Shown piece by piece: positions 43,371 to 54,145 of a stretch of 64,000 bases of DNA. The DNA is taken from positions 1,856,001 to 1,920,000 of the forward strand of contig CAXWPH010000015.1 of the NCBI GenBank assembly GCA_963666055.2. The letters are read 5' to 3'. The notes under the pieces were generated by a model that made no database searches, was not told the origin of the DNA, and saw nothing but the letters and a program-made list of their open reading frames with translations. Made by a program: the position numbers and the translations under genes. Within the stretch, counting starts at the first letter, position 1. Every line of letters starts with the position of its first letter. This DNA comes from Acidobacteriota bacterium. Its GTDB lineage: Bacteria; Acidobacteriota; UBA890; WLXD01.

Positions 43371-44408
43371 GTGACCAGCGCGTGTCTGCGTGGCCGCGAT
43401 GCGTTCCTTCAGGCGCTGCACCTGGAAGACGCGGCCTCCGAACACACGCTGCGAGCCTATCGGACCGACCTCGACCAGCTCGCCGCTTTCCTATTGGCTT
43501 GGGAATCGGGCAAGGAAGCCGACTACCGTGGCAATGTGACCGGCAGGCAGCAGGCGGGCGAGGGTCGCCGCGTGTCCGCAGCCGCGATTACCGCTGCATC
43601 GGTACGCGCCTGGGCCGCCCGCATGCACGAGGCGCGTCTGTCGCCGGTTACCGTCGGACGGAAGCTGGCAGCGGTCCGCTCCTTCGCCAGCTACCTGTGC
43701 CGCGAGGGACTTCTGACCACGAATCCGGCGCGCCTGGTGCACAACCCCAAGGTGGCTCAACGATCGCCCGCCTTCCTCACCGAGGGCGAAGTCACCAAAT
43801 TGCTCGAGTTCGATGACGATTCAGCGCTCGGCACACGCGACCGCGCCGCGCTGGAGTTGCTCTACGCGACCGGCCTACGAGTGAGCGAGCTGGCCGGGCT
43901 CGCGGCCGAGGATGTGGACGTGGCGGGACGCTCTCTGCGCGTCATCGGCAAAGGCGACAAGGAGCGTATCGTTCCGTTCGGCAAACCGGCGGCAGCCGCT
44001 CTGCGCGCCTGGTTGCCGATTCGCCAGCAGTGGCTCGACCACCCGCCGAAGCGGGCGCGGGAGTCGGCCAAGGTGCGCGCCGACGCCATGCGGGCTTTGC
44101 TATTGAGTCAACGCGGACGGCGCATCGACCCTGCCGCGTTGCGGCGGCTGCTAGCCCGCCGACTAGAGGAAGCCGCCCTGACGAAACGTGTTACCCCCCA
44201 CGCCTTGCGACACTCGTTCGCGACCCATTTGCTGAACGCCGGCGCCGACCTGCGGGCCATCCAAGAGCTCTTGGGCCACGCCTCCCTCGCCTCTACACAG
44301 CGGTACACGCATTTGTCGACCCGTCAGCTACAAGACGTCTACAGGGGCTCGCACCCGCGTGCCCGGCGACGCGACCCTAACGCTCGACAGGCCCGCACGG
44401 GACACTAG
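43371..44408 (+). CDS. xerC: Tyrosine recombinase XerC
   Basis: [48 protein letters not shown]; trmFO-xerC-hslVU synteny. Confidence 0.92.
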   Translation: MTSACLRGRDAFLQALHLEDAASEHTLRAYRTDLDQLAAFLLAWESGKEADYRGNVTGRQQAGEGRRVSAAAITAASVRAWAARMHEARLSPVTVGRKLAAVRSFASYLCREGLLTTNPARLVHNPKVAQRSPAFLTEGEVTKLLEFDDDSALGTRDRAALELLYATGLRVSELAGLAAEDVDVAGRSLRVIGKGDKERIVPFGKPAAAALRAWLPIRQQWLDHPPKRARESAKVRADAMRALLLSQRGRRIDPAALRRLLARRLEEAALTKRVTPHALRHSFATHLLNAGADLRAIQELLGHASLASTQRYTHLSTRQLQDVYRGSHPRARRRDPNARQARTGH

Positions 44409-44485
44409 CAGGGCCTGGTGGATGTGTAGCGGCGAGACACGGGAGCGGACCCGCAGCCCCAGCCGCGCCTTGCTACAATCGACCC

Positions 44486-45031
44486 ATGACGAGTCGGTTC
44501 CACAGCACCACGATCTGCTGCGTACGGCGCGATGCCCAGGTGGCGATGGGCGGTGATGGTCAAGTGACGCTCGAGCATACGATCATGAAGGCGGGCGCCC
44601 GAAAGGTTCGCCGCATGTACAACGACACGGTGCTGGCAGGCTTCGCCGGCTCGGCCGCCGACAGCCTGGCGCTGTTCACCCGATTCGAGGTGAAGCTCGA
44701 GAGCTTCAATGGGAACCTGCGACGCGCCGCCGTGGAGCTGAGCAGCGACTGGAGAACCGAAAAGAGTCTCCGGCATCTTCAGGCACTGCTGGTCGTCGCC
44801 GACGCCGAGACATCGATCCTCTTGTCCGGTACTGGCGACGTCATCGAACCCGATGACGGAATCCTGGTGATCGGCTCGGGTGGCCCGGTGGCTCTCGCCG
44901 CCGCCCGCGCGCTTGTCGCCCACACCGAGTTCGACTCCGAGGCTGTCGTACGAGAGGCGTTGTTGATCGCGGCGAGCATCGACATCTACACCAACGAGAA
45001 TATTCGGATCGAAGTGCTGGGGGCACGATGA
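44486..45031 (+). CDS. hslV: ATP-dependent protease subunit HslV
   Basis: [33 protein letters not shown]. Confidence 0.96.
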   Translation: MTSRFHSTTICCVRRDAQVAMGGDGQVTLEHTIMKAGARKVRRMYNDTVLAGFAGSAADSLALFTRFEVKLESFNGNLRRAAVELSSDWRTEKSLRHLQALLVVADAETSILLSGTGDVIEPDDGILVIGSGGPVALAAARALVAHTEFDSEAVVREALLIAASIDIYTNENIRIEVLGAR

Positions 45032-45086
45032 TGACGCAGCACCGCAATGCCGAACCAGCCGGGTCGCGGGCGAGCTTCCGGTAGAC

Positions 45087-46484
45087 ATGGTTATTTCACT
45101 GCCCGAGAAGCTCGAGCCCAATGCCGGCGGCGTCGACGAGCTCACGCCGAGACAGATTGTGGAGCTGCTCGACAGGTATGTCGTCGGACAGCGAGCCGCC
45201 AAACGGGCGGTGGCCATTGCCATCCGCAATCGCTTCCGTCGGTTGCAGCTGCCAGCCGATCTCGCCGACGAGGTGGCACCCAAGAACATCCTCATGATCG
45301 GCCCGACCGGCGTTGGCAAGACCGAGATATCCAGGCGGCTGTCGCGACTGACCGGCTCGCCGTTTCTCAAAGTCGAAGCGACCAAGTTCACCGAAGTCGG
45401 CTATGTCGGGCGCGACGTCGAATCGATGGTACGAGACCTGCTCGACATAGCCATCGCGATGGTGCGCCGGGAGCATGCGGTGGAGGTCGAAGCCCAGGGG
45501 CGGCGGCAAGCCGAAGACCGTTTGCTCGACGTGCTACTGCCGCCGGCACCAATCGCACGGCCGGCGGGCGAAGAAACCGACACCGACGCAACGCGACGCG
45601 CCACGCGGGAGAAAATTCGTGCCCAGCTACTCGCTGGCGCCCTCGACGACCGCATGGTGGAGGTGGACGTTCCCGACAACCGCGCGCCGTCGTTCCAGGT
45701 ATTCACCGGCCAGGGTAGCGACACGATGGACATCAGTCTGAAAGACATGTTGCCGGGCATGTTCGCTGGTGGGCGTGGCGCCACCAAGCAGCGTCGTATG
45801 TCGGTACCCGAGGCACTGGAGCACCTCACTCGAGAGGCCGCCGACGCGCTCATCGACGAAGATGAAGTAGTTCGCGAGGCGCTCCAGAGGACCGAGTCGT
45901 CGGGCATCATCTTTCTCGACGAGATCGACAAGATCGCCGGTCGGGAGGGATCGCGAGGCCCGGACGTGTCTCGCGAGGGAGTGCAGCGGGACATCCTGCC
46001 GATCGTCGAGGGCACGGCGGTGAAGACCCGCAACGGCATGGTCCGCACCGATCACATCCTCTTCCTTGCCGCCGGCGCGTTTCACGTCTCCAAGCCGAGC
46101 GATCTCATCCCTGAGCTGCAAGGCCGTTTTCCGCTGCGGGTGGAGCTCGACGCGCTCGGCCGTGACGATCTGGTACGCATACTTACCGAGCCAGAGAACT
46201 CGCTCGTGCGGCAATACTGTGCGTTGCTCGAAACCGAGGGGGTGCACGTCGAGTTCACCGACGACGCGATCGAGGCCATCGCCGAACTAGCGGAGACGGT
46301 TAACGAGCGCACCGAGAACATCGGCGCGCGCCGGCTGCACACGATGATGGAACGGGTGGTGGAGGAGTTGTCGTTCGAAGCACCTGAGCGAAGCGGCGAA
46401 TCGATAACGATCGACGCTGCATATGTGCATGACGCGCTCGCCGATATCGTCCAGGACGAAGACTTGTCGAAGTACATTCTGTGA
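45087..46484 (+). CDS. hslU: ATP-dependent protease ATPase HslU
   Basis: [35 protein letters not shown]. Confidence 0.97.
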   Translation: MVISLPEKLEPNAGGVDELTPRQIVELLDRYVVGQRAAKRAVAIAIRNRFRRLQLPADLADEVAPKNILMIGPTGVGKTEISRRLSRLTGSPFLKVEATKFTEVGYVGRDVESMVRDLLDIAIAMVRREHAVEVEAQGRRQAEDRLLDVLLPPAPIARPAGEETDTDATRRATREKIRAQLLAGALDDRMVEVDVPDNRAPSFQVFTGQGSDTMDISLKDMLPGMFAGGRGATKQRRMSVPEALEHLTREAADALIDEDEVVREALQRTESSGIIFLDEIDKIAGREGSRGPDVSREGVQRDILPIVEGTAVKTRNGMVRTDHILFLAAGAFHVSKPSDLIPELQGRFPLRVELDALGRDDLVRILTEPENSLVRQYCALLETEGVHVEFTDDAIEAIAELAETVNERTENIGARRLHTMMERVVEELSFEAPERSGESITIDAAYVHDALADIVQDEDLSKYIL

Positions 46485-48706
46485 AAAGTCGCGGCGCCCT
46501 GGCCAGCGCACTCACCATTCTCGCTGCGGGCTGCGGCGCGCGAGGGGCACCCCTGCCACCCCTGCGGATAGTACCGCCGGCACTGCCCAGCGCCGAAGTC
46601 GCCCAGCTCGGAACACGCGCGCTGGTGCGATTCCTGCCCATCGCCGACACCATCGACATGGGCAACGAAAACGAGATAGCGATCGCTCGCGCCGAGCTCC
46701 TCATGCTCACCGAGCGCTATCCGGCTCTCACCGCATCGATCTTGGCACAGGGGCTCGATCGCGAGCGTGCGGCGCGTCTAGAGCTGGCGCGTCGTGCCGT
46801 CGCACTGGCAACCGAGAGCGCCGAAGCACGTCGCCAGGCGGAAGAACGACGCGCTGCTGAGGCGGCGGCAGAAGCAGCCGGCATCGTGCTTCCGCCTGAA
46901 GAAGTAAGCGCGCCCGAGGAGGAGCCGGCCGAAGAAGAAGAGCTCATCACCGAGGAACAGCGTTTGCTCAACCGGCTGCCCGGCAACACATTGCGCCAAT
47001 GGCGCGAGGCCGGCCTCGAGGGCAATATTCTCGTGGAGGCGGCGCGGTGGTTCGACGAAGCGGTCGACGAGCTCTGGGATCTGCTCGGCATGCCAACCGC
47101 AATCTTTGATACGCGCCGGCCGCCGCAGCTACCGCTGCCGTCGTTGATCGTCGAGAAGGCCGCCCAGCTGGCGCGTACGCACCCATATGAAGGAAGCCTC
47201 GAGGTTGCCGATTTCTTAACCCGCGCCGCGGTCGTTGCAACGATTCCGTTCGAGGACATCAACGACTACATGGTCGACGGGAGCGTGCGCATCGACTACA
47301 ACATCGGTACATCATCAAGCGGGCCCGTACGCACGCGATACTACTTCGCCGCGCGTGCTGTCGACACCGAGGGTAACGAGGGTAGGATCGACAGAATCAT
47401 GGCGCTCGCCCCGGGCGGTGTGCCGCTAGCCCCGGCCGATCTGGAGGTCGAGGTTACGCCCGCCGGAGCTCGGCTCAACTGGACGGCGCCGGCCGGTGAT
47501 GTATGGGGCGATCTCATCGACTCCGATGCGATCAGCTACAACATCTACCGCCGCGTCGTCGACTCGGACATCGTCTCCGTAACACCGATCAACTATGCAC
47601 CGGTTACCGACACCGAGTACCTCGACAGCACCATGTCGTGGGGCGACCGTTACCGCTATGAGGTGCGTGCAGTAGCGGCGCCACCGACCAGCGGCGACAC
47701 GCCCCGGCTGGTCGAACCTGAACCGCCCCAGGGGGTGATGGTTGATCCGGCCAACCCGACGTTGCTGGTGGCGCCGATAGAGCCGACGGGCCCCACCAAG
47801 GAGAGCAGCGGCGCGCTGACGCCACCGGTGTACGTGGTAGACGACTTCAAGCCCGACAAACCATTGGCCTTACGGGCCGTTCGAGCCGCAACGCGAATCA
47901 CGTTGCGCTGGACCGCCTCTCCTGCGACCGACCTGGTTGGTTATCGTGTGTACCGTCGCCACCTGGTAGACGATCCGTGTGACCCCAGGTACCTGCCGGA
48001 CGATGACTCTCCCGCCACCGACGACGAGGCCGACGAGGAGTCCGACGACGACAGTGACGAACCCGACTGCCTGGATACGGACTTCTCGGAAGTTGCAGAC
48101 GGGGAGGCCGCGGAAGACGACATCGACCGCGTCGAAGGCGCACCTAACGACGCCGGTACGAGCGACGAACTGCCCGAAGAAGAAGAAGACGGGGCAGGAG
48201 ACAACCTCGTTGTAGGGGACAACAGCGCGGATGAGGCGAGCGACAACACGACGGGCGACAACGCCGACGGTGACGATGCGGTTGGCGAAGCCGAGGGTGA
48301 CCAACCGAGCGACGACGCAGAGGGCGGCGCAGATGACAACGACGCAGAGCACGGCGACGCAGAGGACAGCGACGCAGAGGACAGCGAGGCAGAAGACGGC
48401 GACGCAGAGGACGGCGACGCAGATGACAGCGAGACAGATACCGATGAATCGGGCGGCGAAAGTGCCGAGACCAAGCCCGACGATGATGACGAGCCCGCCG
48501 GCCGGCGTCGACGCCGCAACGAACTCGTTGCCGGCGGCTGGGAGATGCTGACCGCCGTGGTGATAAGCGAGCTGCGCTACACGGATCCCACCGCATCCAA
48601 TGACACGGCTTGGGAATTCGCCGTCGAGGCGATCGATGATGCCGGCAATGTCAGCGAGCCGGGCACTATCAAGGTCCGTCTCGAGAACGAAGTCGAAGAA
48701 CAATGA
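46481..48706 (+). CDS. Lipoprotein with LptM-like N-terminus, fibronectin type III domains and a long acidic insert
   Basis: [14 protein letters not shown]; Fn3 patterns [22 protein letters not shown] and [25 protein letters not shown]; overlaps the hslU stop and dapF start. Confidence 0.8.
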   Translation: MKSRGALASALTILAAGCGARGAPLPPLRIVPPALPSAEVAQLGTRALVRFLPIADTIDMGNENEIAIARAELLMLTERYPALTASILAQGLDRERAARLELARRAVALATESAEARRQAEERRAAEAAAEAAGIVLPPEEVSAPEEEPAEEEELITEEQRLLNRLPGNTLRQWREAGLEGNILVEAARWFDEAVDELWDLLGMPTAIFDTRRPPQLPLPSLIVEKAAQLARTHPYEGSLEVADFLTRAAVVATIPFEDINDYMVDGSVRIDYNIGTSSSGPVRTRYYFAARAVDTEGNEGRIDRIMALAPGGVPLAPADLEVEVTPAGARLNWTAPAGDVWGDLIDSDAISYNIYRRVVDSDIVSVTPINYAPVTDTEYLDSTMSWGDRYRYEVRAVAAPPTSGDTPRLVEPEPPQGVMVDPANPTLLVAPIEPTGPTKESSGALTPPVYVVDDFKPDKPLALRAVRAATRITLRWTASPATDLVGYRVYRRHLVDDPCDPRYLPDDDSPATDDEADEESDDDSDEPDCLDTDFSEVADGEAAEDDIDRVEGAPNDAGTSDELPEEEEDGAGDNLVVGDNSADEASDNTTGDNADGDDAVGEAEGDQPSDDAEGGADDNDAEHGDAEDSDAEDSEAEDGDAEDGDADDSETDTDESGGESAETKPDDDDEPAGRRRRRNELVAGGWEMLTAVVISELRYTDPTASNDTAWEFAVEAIDDAGNVSEPGTIKVRLENEVEEQ
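48326..48430 (+). repeat. Seven imperfect 15-bp tandem repeats encoding DAED(S/G)-like pentapeptides
   Basis: Consensus GACGCAGAGGAC(A/G)GC; two perfect adjacent copies at 48356-48385. Confidence 0.85.
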
Positions 48707-49758
48707 GCGCGGCGCGCCATCAGCCGCTCGAGTTCAGTCACTACTCCGGCGCGGGGAACGATTTCATCGTGCTGGACGAGCGTCACGGAGCATCGTCGAC
48801 ACGCGCATCAACGCACGCCAAGGCGCTGTGCCGCCGCGGGGTTTCGGTGGGTGCCGACGGGCTGATCCTGATCGACGTGAACAACCTGGACGCCGGAGTC
48901 TCAGGACGTATGCGGCTATGGAACGCCGACGGAACATCGGCGGAGTTCTCGGGTAATGCGGCGCGCTGTGCGGTGCGCTATCTCGTCGACGAAGGGCTCG
49001 CAGCCGGCCCGGTGCGACTGCAAACCGGGATCGGCGTGGTCAACGGCTATGTCGATGGCACCAATGTACGCGTCGACGTGCCGGGGACGGCCGCAGTCTG
49101 GCCTCAACGTCGCATCCGCGTCGAAGGTCGGGATCTCGTCGGAACATACGTCCAGATCGGCGTTCCGTTCTTCGTGCTGATGCATGAGGATCCGGACGAG
49201 CTGCCGGTGCGCTACCTCGGTCGCGCCATACGCAATCATCCAGACCTGAAGCCCGCCGGTGCCAACGTCGATTTCGTTCGCGTCGACGATGAGCAAAACC
49301 TCTACTTTCGCGTCTACGAGCGCGGCGTCGAGGCCGAGACATTGAGCTCGGGTACTGGCAGCATTGCCGCTGCGCTCGCCGCGGCGGCTGCGCATCGCGC
49401 CGCTTCGCCGATCGCCTGCCACACGCGCGGCGGCACGCTCACGGTACGGTTTCATGCCGTCACCGCAGCAGTTACCGAGGAGGCCTCGTCCGCGCCGGAG
49501 GCCGATACACGCGCCGCCACCGACACAACAACAGAGGCCGTGCCTGAGGTGCCAGGTGACCAACAAACCGGCGCGGCCAAGAACGACGAGTCGCCAGCGA
49601 CGACGGAGCCGCCGTCAACAACTGAACGGCTCGATGCTCCCGATCTGCCTCGCGTGGCGGAGGGGTCGCCGTTGCGGTTCACCCACATCGAGGTCGAGGG
49701 CGACACACGCCAGGTCATGCGCGGGACCGCGTTTGCCGACGCGCTGCGACTGGAGTAG
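48703..49758 (+). CDS. dapF: Diaminopimelate epimerase, serine-pair variant with internal insertion
   Basis: GAGNDF, GADGL, NADG..AEFSGNAARC, GANVDF, YERGVEAETLSSGTG. Confidence 0.88.
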   Translation: MSAARHQPLEFSHYSGAGNDFIVLDERHGASSTRASTHAKALCRRGVSVGADGLILIDVNNLDAGVSGRMRLWNADGTSAEFSGNAARCAVRYLVDEGLAAGPVRLQTGIGVVNGYVDGTNVRVDVPGTAAVWPQRRIRVEGRDLVGTYVQIGVPFFVLMHEDPDELPVRYLGRAIRNHPDLKPAGANVDFVRVDDEQNLYFRVYERGVEAETLSSGTGSIAAALAAAAAHRAASPIACHTRGGTLTVRFHAVTAAVTEEASSAPEADTRAATDTTTEAVPEVPGDQQTGAAKNDESPATTEPPSTTERLDAPDLPRVAEGSPLRFTHIEVEGDTRQVMRGTAFADALRLE

Positions 49759-49916
49759 GGCTCAGGGGCCGTTCTGATGCCGACGTTCGAGCGCGTTGCG
49801 CAGCGGCACAGCACAACCAGGGTTCCGAGCGCTGCCGTATAGACCGCGACCATTCCCCACCACCATGCACTCGTTGTTCGAGACATCATTCGAGGTTTGC
49901 GCGGCTATGCTCGGCC

Positions 49917-51734
49917 TCACGGCAACACCGACACCCCCCCCTCATTCGTGGGCAACAAGCATCGAGGCACTGGCAGATCCGCGTCCTCGGCCTGTTCCGT
50001 CCAGGCGATGAGCCGACCGGACAGATCGAACGTCGCCGATCGGTCATCCCAATCCCAGCGCCTGACACCGCTATCGTGGCGCATCGAGGGCTCCCCCCAG
50101 GCAACCAGGACGTTGCGGTCATCCATCTCGAAGTCGAGCTCTGCTGCCAGGATCATGCGGCGTAACTCCTCTTCCAGTTGCTCGCCGGCGAGCGAGCGCC
50201 ACACCCTCGAGAGTTCAGATGGGGGCTTGGCGCTGATTGCCAGCGGGGCGCGCGTATAGCGTGGGGTCGGCGCGTACAGATCGACGCGCACCCTTCGCAA
50301 CATCACCGGCGCCGGCAACAGAGCCTTCGGCCAGTCCGCCGGGGCCAGCGTCACGCGCTCGAATATCGCGCGGCCGGCCTCCCCAACTGCGATGCTTCGA
50401 TCTGTTGACAAGAGACGCACGGTGATCTCCTCGGCGTCGTCGGGAATGGTCACCACGAGGCTCGCCGTTCCGGGTAGGGCGCCCACTGTCCCGCTCCCGG
50501 CCTCGTGTAGCTCGCCGGCCTCGATCTCGAAACCAACGGTGACTGTCGAGGTGGTGCCGTCGAGCGCGGGGGCGGCCCTGGCCACTACGTCGAGCCTGAG
50601 CTCGCGGCCACGTAGCCGCCGGCTCATGGCCACCGGGAGCCGCTGCTCGAGGTACACGGCCTGGCGCCGATCGTTGTCCTGGAGGAACACTCCCGTCGGC
50701 AGCGCTGAGGGTACTGCGCGCCGCGGCAAAACGTTCTCGTCGGTCGCCGGCGGCCAGACGCGTGTGGTGAGATCGAACGAGCCGAGGAACCGGTCTTCCT
50801 CACGCCGAGCACCGGGAGCCAAGCGGCTCGGAGGAGGCGGGGGCAGGTCGACTCGGCCGGCCGCCAAGCCGCGAGGATTCAGGGCGCCTACCAGGCGCCA
50901 GCAAGGTAGGACAAACCCGGTTACCTCGGCGGGTAGGTTCGGATCTAACTGTAGCTGGCTGTTACCGAGTAGTCCGAGCACCGGCAACTTCGAGCGCAGC
51001 CGGCCGAGCGAATCCCAGCCATGCTCGCCACGGCGAAAGACAAGCGGCAAGATCGGTGTCACGTGCAGCGCTCCGAAGCTGGCCTCCTGAGGCCAAGGGC
51101 CCAGCGCTTCGCGGCCGCCGAGCAGGCTGACCACTTCGTCGACTACCCGCGACGGCACGGCCCAGGCCGGAACTGCCAAAGTCTCCCCGACATCGCGCAC
51201 TTCGCTGGCATCCAACTCCAAGGTGTTCTTCCACCATTCGCGCTCGACCGTGAGCGGCTGGCGCAACGACGCCAGGTACAGATCGAACGGCGACGACACA
51301 GCGACCTCCGATTCGAGCTCCGCGACCTCCGACTCCAGATCCTCGCTGACGCGCTCAGGGGGGCTTGCAGGCGCCGTGAATTCACCGAGCACGGAGATCG
51401 GCCCAACCCGCTCTTGCAACTCTTCGACGGTAGCCGCGACCACGTACCATCGCTGCCGTCGCGACCAGCTCTCCGGGTCGCCGACCATCTCCCACTCGCG
51501 CCCGAAGGTATCGGTCACCTCACCCAGGTACAGAAAGATCGTCCCGGCGTCGAAAGTGAACAGCTCGTCCTCGGTCACCTCGGCGATAGCACGCAGAGCG
51601 CCCGCCTCGAGCGCGATCGCATACATCGGATCCTCAATCGGCTCGCGTGTGCCCGGGGGCGGCGTCTGCGCGTGGCTCTCGGCCGCGATGAACGCGAGTA
51701 CGAGTGCGGTGCGCACCAACGGAATCCCCTTCAT
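49917..51734 (-). CDS. Secreted hypothetical protein
   Basis: Signal peptide MKGIPLVRTALVLAFIAAESHA; ATGA overlap with the upstream gene; 605 aa. Confidence 0.7.
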   Translation of the reverse strand: MKGIPLVRTALVLAFIAAESHAQTPPPGTREPIEDPMYAIALEAGALRAIAEVTEDELFTFDAGTIFLYLGEVTDTFGREWEMVGDPESWSRRQRWYVVAATVEELQERVGPISVLGEFTAPASPPERVSEDLESEVAELESEVAVSSPFDLYLASLRQPLTVEREWWKNTLELDASEVRDVGETLAVPAWAVPSRVVDEVVSLLGGREALGPWPQEASFGALHVTPILPLVFRRGEHGWDSLGRLRSKLPVLGLLGNSQLQLDPNLPAEVTGFVLPCWRLVGALNPRGLAAGRVDLPPPPPSRLAPGARREEDRFLGSFDLTTRVWPPATDENVLPRRAVPSALPTGVFLQDNDRRQAVYLEQRLPVAMSRRLRGRELRLDVVARAAPALDGTTSTVTVGFEIEAGELHEAGSGTVGALPGTASLVVTIPDDAEEITVRLLSTDRSIAVGEAGRAIFERVTLAPADWPKALLPAPVMLRRVRVDLYAPTPRYTRAPLAISAKPPSELSRVWRSLAGEQLEEELRRMILAAELDFEMDDRNVLVAWGEPSMRHDSGVRRWDWDDRSATFDLSGRLIAWTEQAEDADLPVPRCLLPTNEGGVSVLP

Positions 51735-52453
51735 GCGATGGTCTGGCCGGGCTCGATTGCCAGCACCTCGACATCGAGACCGCGCTTCTCGCACTCCCGG
51801 CGAAGCTCCTGAGGCGTCCCCGCCAACACCGGCCACGTGCCGTAGTGCATCGGAACGATACGCCGAACACGGAGCAGCTCGCATGCCTTGGCGGCAGACC
51901 GCGGGCCCATGGTGTAGTTGCCGCCGATCGGCAGCAGGGCGATGTCGGGGGCATACAGCTCGGCGATGAGAGCCATGTCGCCGAACACATCTGTGTCGCC
52001 GGCGTGATAGATGCTCGGCCCATCATCGAAGCTGAGGACCAGCCCTGCCGGCACGCCCCCGTAGAGCATTCGATCGCCGTCCTGAATCCCGGCGGTATGC
52101 GTGGCGTGCACCATCGTGATCGACACACCGTCCAGCTGCACGGTGCCGCCGATGTTCATCTCCACGACCGAGTCGGCAGCAATTCCTTGACCGCGGAGCC
52201 AGGCGGCCAGCTCGACGATCGCTACGACCGCGCTCGGGGCGTTTTCGGCGCATACCTGGAGAGCGTCGCCGACATGGTCGAAGTGACCGTGGGTAATGAC
52301 AACGATGTCGAGGCGCTCGAATGACTTCAGCGCATCGGGGCGCCGCGGGTTGCTCATCACGAACGGATCAATGAGCACGGTGTTCCCGGTGGGTCCGGTC
52401 AGCAGGAATGTCGAGTGGCCCAGCCAGGTAATGGTGACGCCAGACGATGACAT
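51731..52453 (-). CDS. UPF0173 metal-dependent hydrolase (MBL fold)
   Basis: ITWLGHS, IDPF, THGHFDHVGD, YHAGDT, PMHYGT. Confidence 0.92.
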   Translation of the reverse strand: MSSSGVTITWLGHSTFLLTGPTGNTVLIDPFVMSNPRRPDALKSFERLDIVVITHGHFDHVGDALQVCAENAPSAVVAIVELAAWLRGQGIAADSVVEMNIGGTVQLDGVSITMVHATHTAGIQDGDRMLYGGVPAGLVLSFDDGPSIYHAGDTDVFGDMALIAELYAPDIALLPIGGNYTMGPRSAAKACELLRVRRIVPMHYGTWPVLAGTPQELRRECEKRGLDVEVLAIEPGQTIA

Positions 52454-52495
52454 TGCTGATCTCCAACCTTGAAGGATGCAGTGCGCGAATCGATT

Positions 52496-53563
52496 CTATT
52501 CGTTCTGCTTAGCCGCACCGAGTCGAATACCAAGGTCAAATGGCAACGGAGTGACCTGTGCTGTGGAGCCGTCGTCGACCTGCACTTCAGCACCCGGATC
52601 GGCGCGCTCCCGGCGCAGGTAACCGAGTCCGATAGGTCCGTGACGATCCGAGATCACGGTGCTTGTCACGTTGCCGGCGGCCCGTTCGCCGCTCGACAAC
52701 GTCGCGCCCGGCTCGACACCCGCCGTGAAACGAAGGCCGCACAGCAGGCGATTGACGTGGCCGCGGTAGTGAATCCGCGCCACCGTCTCCTGTCCCAGGT
52801 AACATCCCTTCTCGAAGTCGATCGCGTTGTCCAGTCGTGCCTCCTGCGGTAGCTCGTTGCCGGTTAGCTCGGCACCGTGCTCGGGCACACCCGCTTCCAC
52901 GCGCAGCACCTCGGAAACGTCGCGACCGACGGGGCGTAGGCCCTCGTGGGCGAGCTCGCGCGCCGCAAGCCACAGTTCGCTGGCATCCGGTTCGGGCAGC
53001 GCGACCTCGAAGCCGTCTGGCAGGCGCCCGGTTCGCAGCGACCGCAAACCACTGCCACAAGCCCGATGAACGAACGTTGTTGGAAGCGCCACTCCGAGCG
53101 CATCGGCAACGGACTGGTGGTCCGGGCCGATCAAGGCGAGAGACACCAACGGGACGCCGTCAATGCGCACCGCGGAGCGCAACACGTAGCGCCGCAGCCC
53201 GTCTACCACGCTCGCAATCACGGTCGCGTCGGATCCGATGAGCACGGCCGTATCCTCCACCCAAAGGTCCAGGCTCGCCTGCACCTTGCCGCGATTGTCT
53301 AGCAGCAGGCCGGGAGCGCCGTCGCCTGGTTGGAGAGCTTGGACATTGGCGGTCAGGAGTCGATGAAGAAACGCCAGTCGCTCATCGCCCGTTACTCGCA
53401 GATAGGCGCGCCATGGTTGCCACAGCAGCGCAGCTCCGTCGCGGGCAGCGCGTAGCTCGCCCTCCGGATCGCCGTACGAGGCGGCGTAGAGCAAGCCATT
53501 GGCCTCGCGAAGCTCCGCCCCGGCAGCCCGCTGCGTGTCTACGAAGGCAGCGGCCAAGCTCAC
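52496..53563 (-). CDS. YgfZ/GcvT-like folate-binding protein
   Basis: KGCYLGQE signature; GcvT-like N- and C-terminal regions. Confidence 0.9.
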   Translation of the reverse strand: MSLAAAFVDTQRAAGAELREANGLLYAASYGDPEGELRAARDGAALLWQPWRAYLRVTGDERLAFLHRLLTANVQALQPGDGAPGLLLDNRGKVQASLDLWVEDTAVLIGSDATVIASVVDGLRRYVLRSAVRIDGVPLVSLALIGPDHQSVADALGVALPTTFVHRACGSGLRSLRTGRLPDGFEVALPEPDASELWLAARELAHEGLRPVGRDVSEVLRVEAGVPEHGAELTGNELPQEARLDNAIDFEKGCYLGQETVARIHYRGHVNRLLCGLRFTAGVEPGATLSSGERAAGNVTSTVISDRHGPIGLGYLRRERADPGAEVQVDDGSTAQVTPLPFDLGIRLGAAKQNE

Positions 53564-54069
53564 TCGGGCCGCGGCGCAGCCAGACGCAAGACAATGTCCA
53601 CGGTGTCACCGACCTGAACGGGGCCCGCCCGCCCCTCTAGGTCACCCTCCTGGCGACTGAACGCGTCGCCGTCCTGATCGAGCCGAGCGATAATGTCGAG
53701 GTCGCCGACCAGGGGAGTCCCGGGGATCATCGAGTCGGCTTCGGTGATGCTGAAGCTGACCGGCACCTCCGCCGCCATCGGCTTCACCGCCAGTGGCGGG
53801 CCGTCGTCGCGACCCGACACACGCACGATGATGTAGAGGACGCCCTCCGGCACGGGTCCCACGGTCGGGTCGACATTCACCGTCCCCTGTACCCCGGGGA
53901 GGGACGCTACCGACGGGCGCGCGCCGGGCTCGGCGGGTGGTGGTGGCGGCGGAATCGTCGCCGCTTCCTGGCGATCGATGGTCTCGACATTGCGTGACAC
54001 ACAGCCGGCGCAGAGCGCGGTAACGCTCAAAAGCAGCGCCACGACGCAACGACAGCGCAGATCGCACAT
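53560..54069 (-). CDS. Lipoprotein resembling the CcmI/CycH C-terminal domain
   Basis: CAGC lipobox-like motif; PPLAVK...FSI.EADSM.PG...IIARLDQDGDA...GDLEG. Confidence 0.7.
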   Translation of the reverse strand: MCDLRCRCVVALLLSVTALCAGCVSRNVETIDRQEAATIPPPPPPAEPGARPSVASLPGVQGTVNVDPTVGPVPEGVLYIIVRVSGRDDGPPLAVKPMAAEVPVSFSITEADSMIPGTPLVGDLDIIARLDQDGDAFSRQEGDLEGRAGPVQVGDTVDIVLRLAAPRPE

Positions 54070-54145
54070 GAAGAGTGCCTTCGGGGGTCACGAGGAGGGT
54101 GGACCGATGGTTCGCCGCCGTGCCGATCTTATCCCAAAGTCGACG

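Noticed and set aside
43371-44408. Phage or island integrase
   Set aside because: Housekeeping trmFO-xerC-hslVU context with no att sites or cargo genes.
48326-48430. CRISPR-like array
   Set aside because: Contiguous 15-bp in-frame coding repeats, with no spacers and no cas genes.
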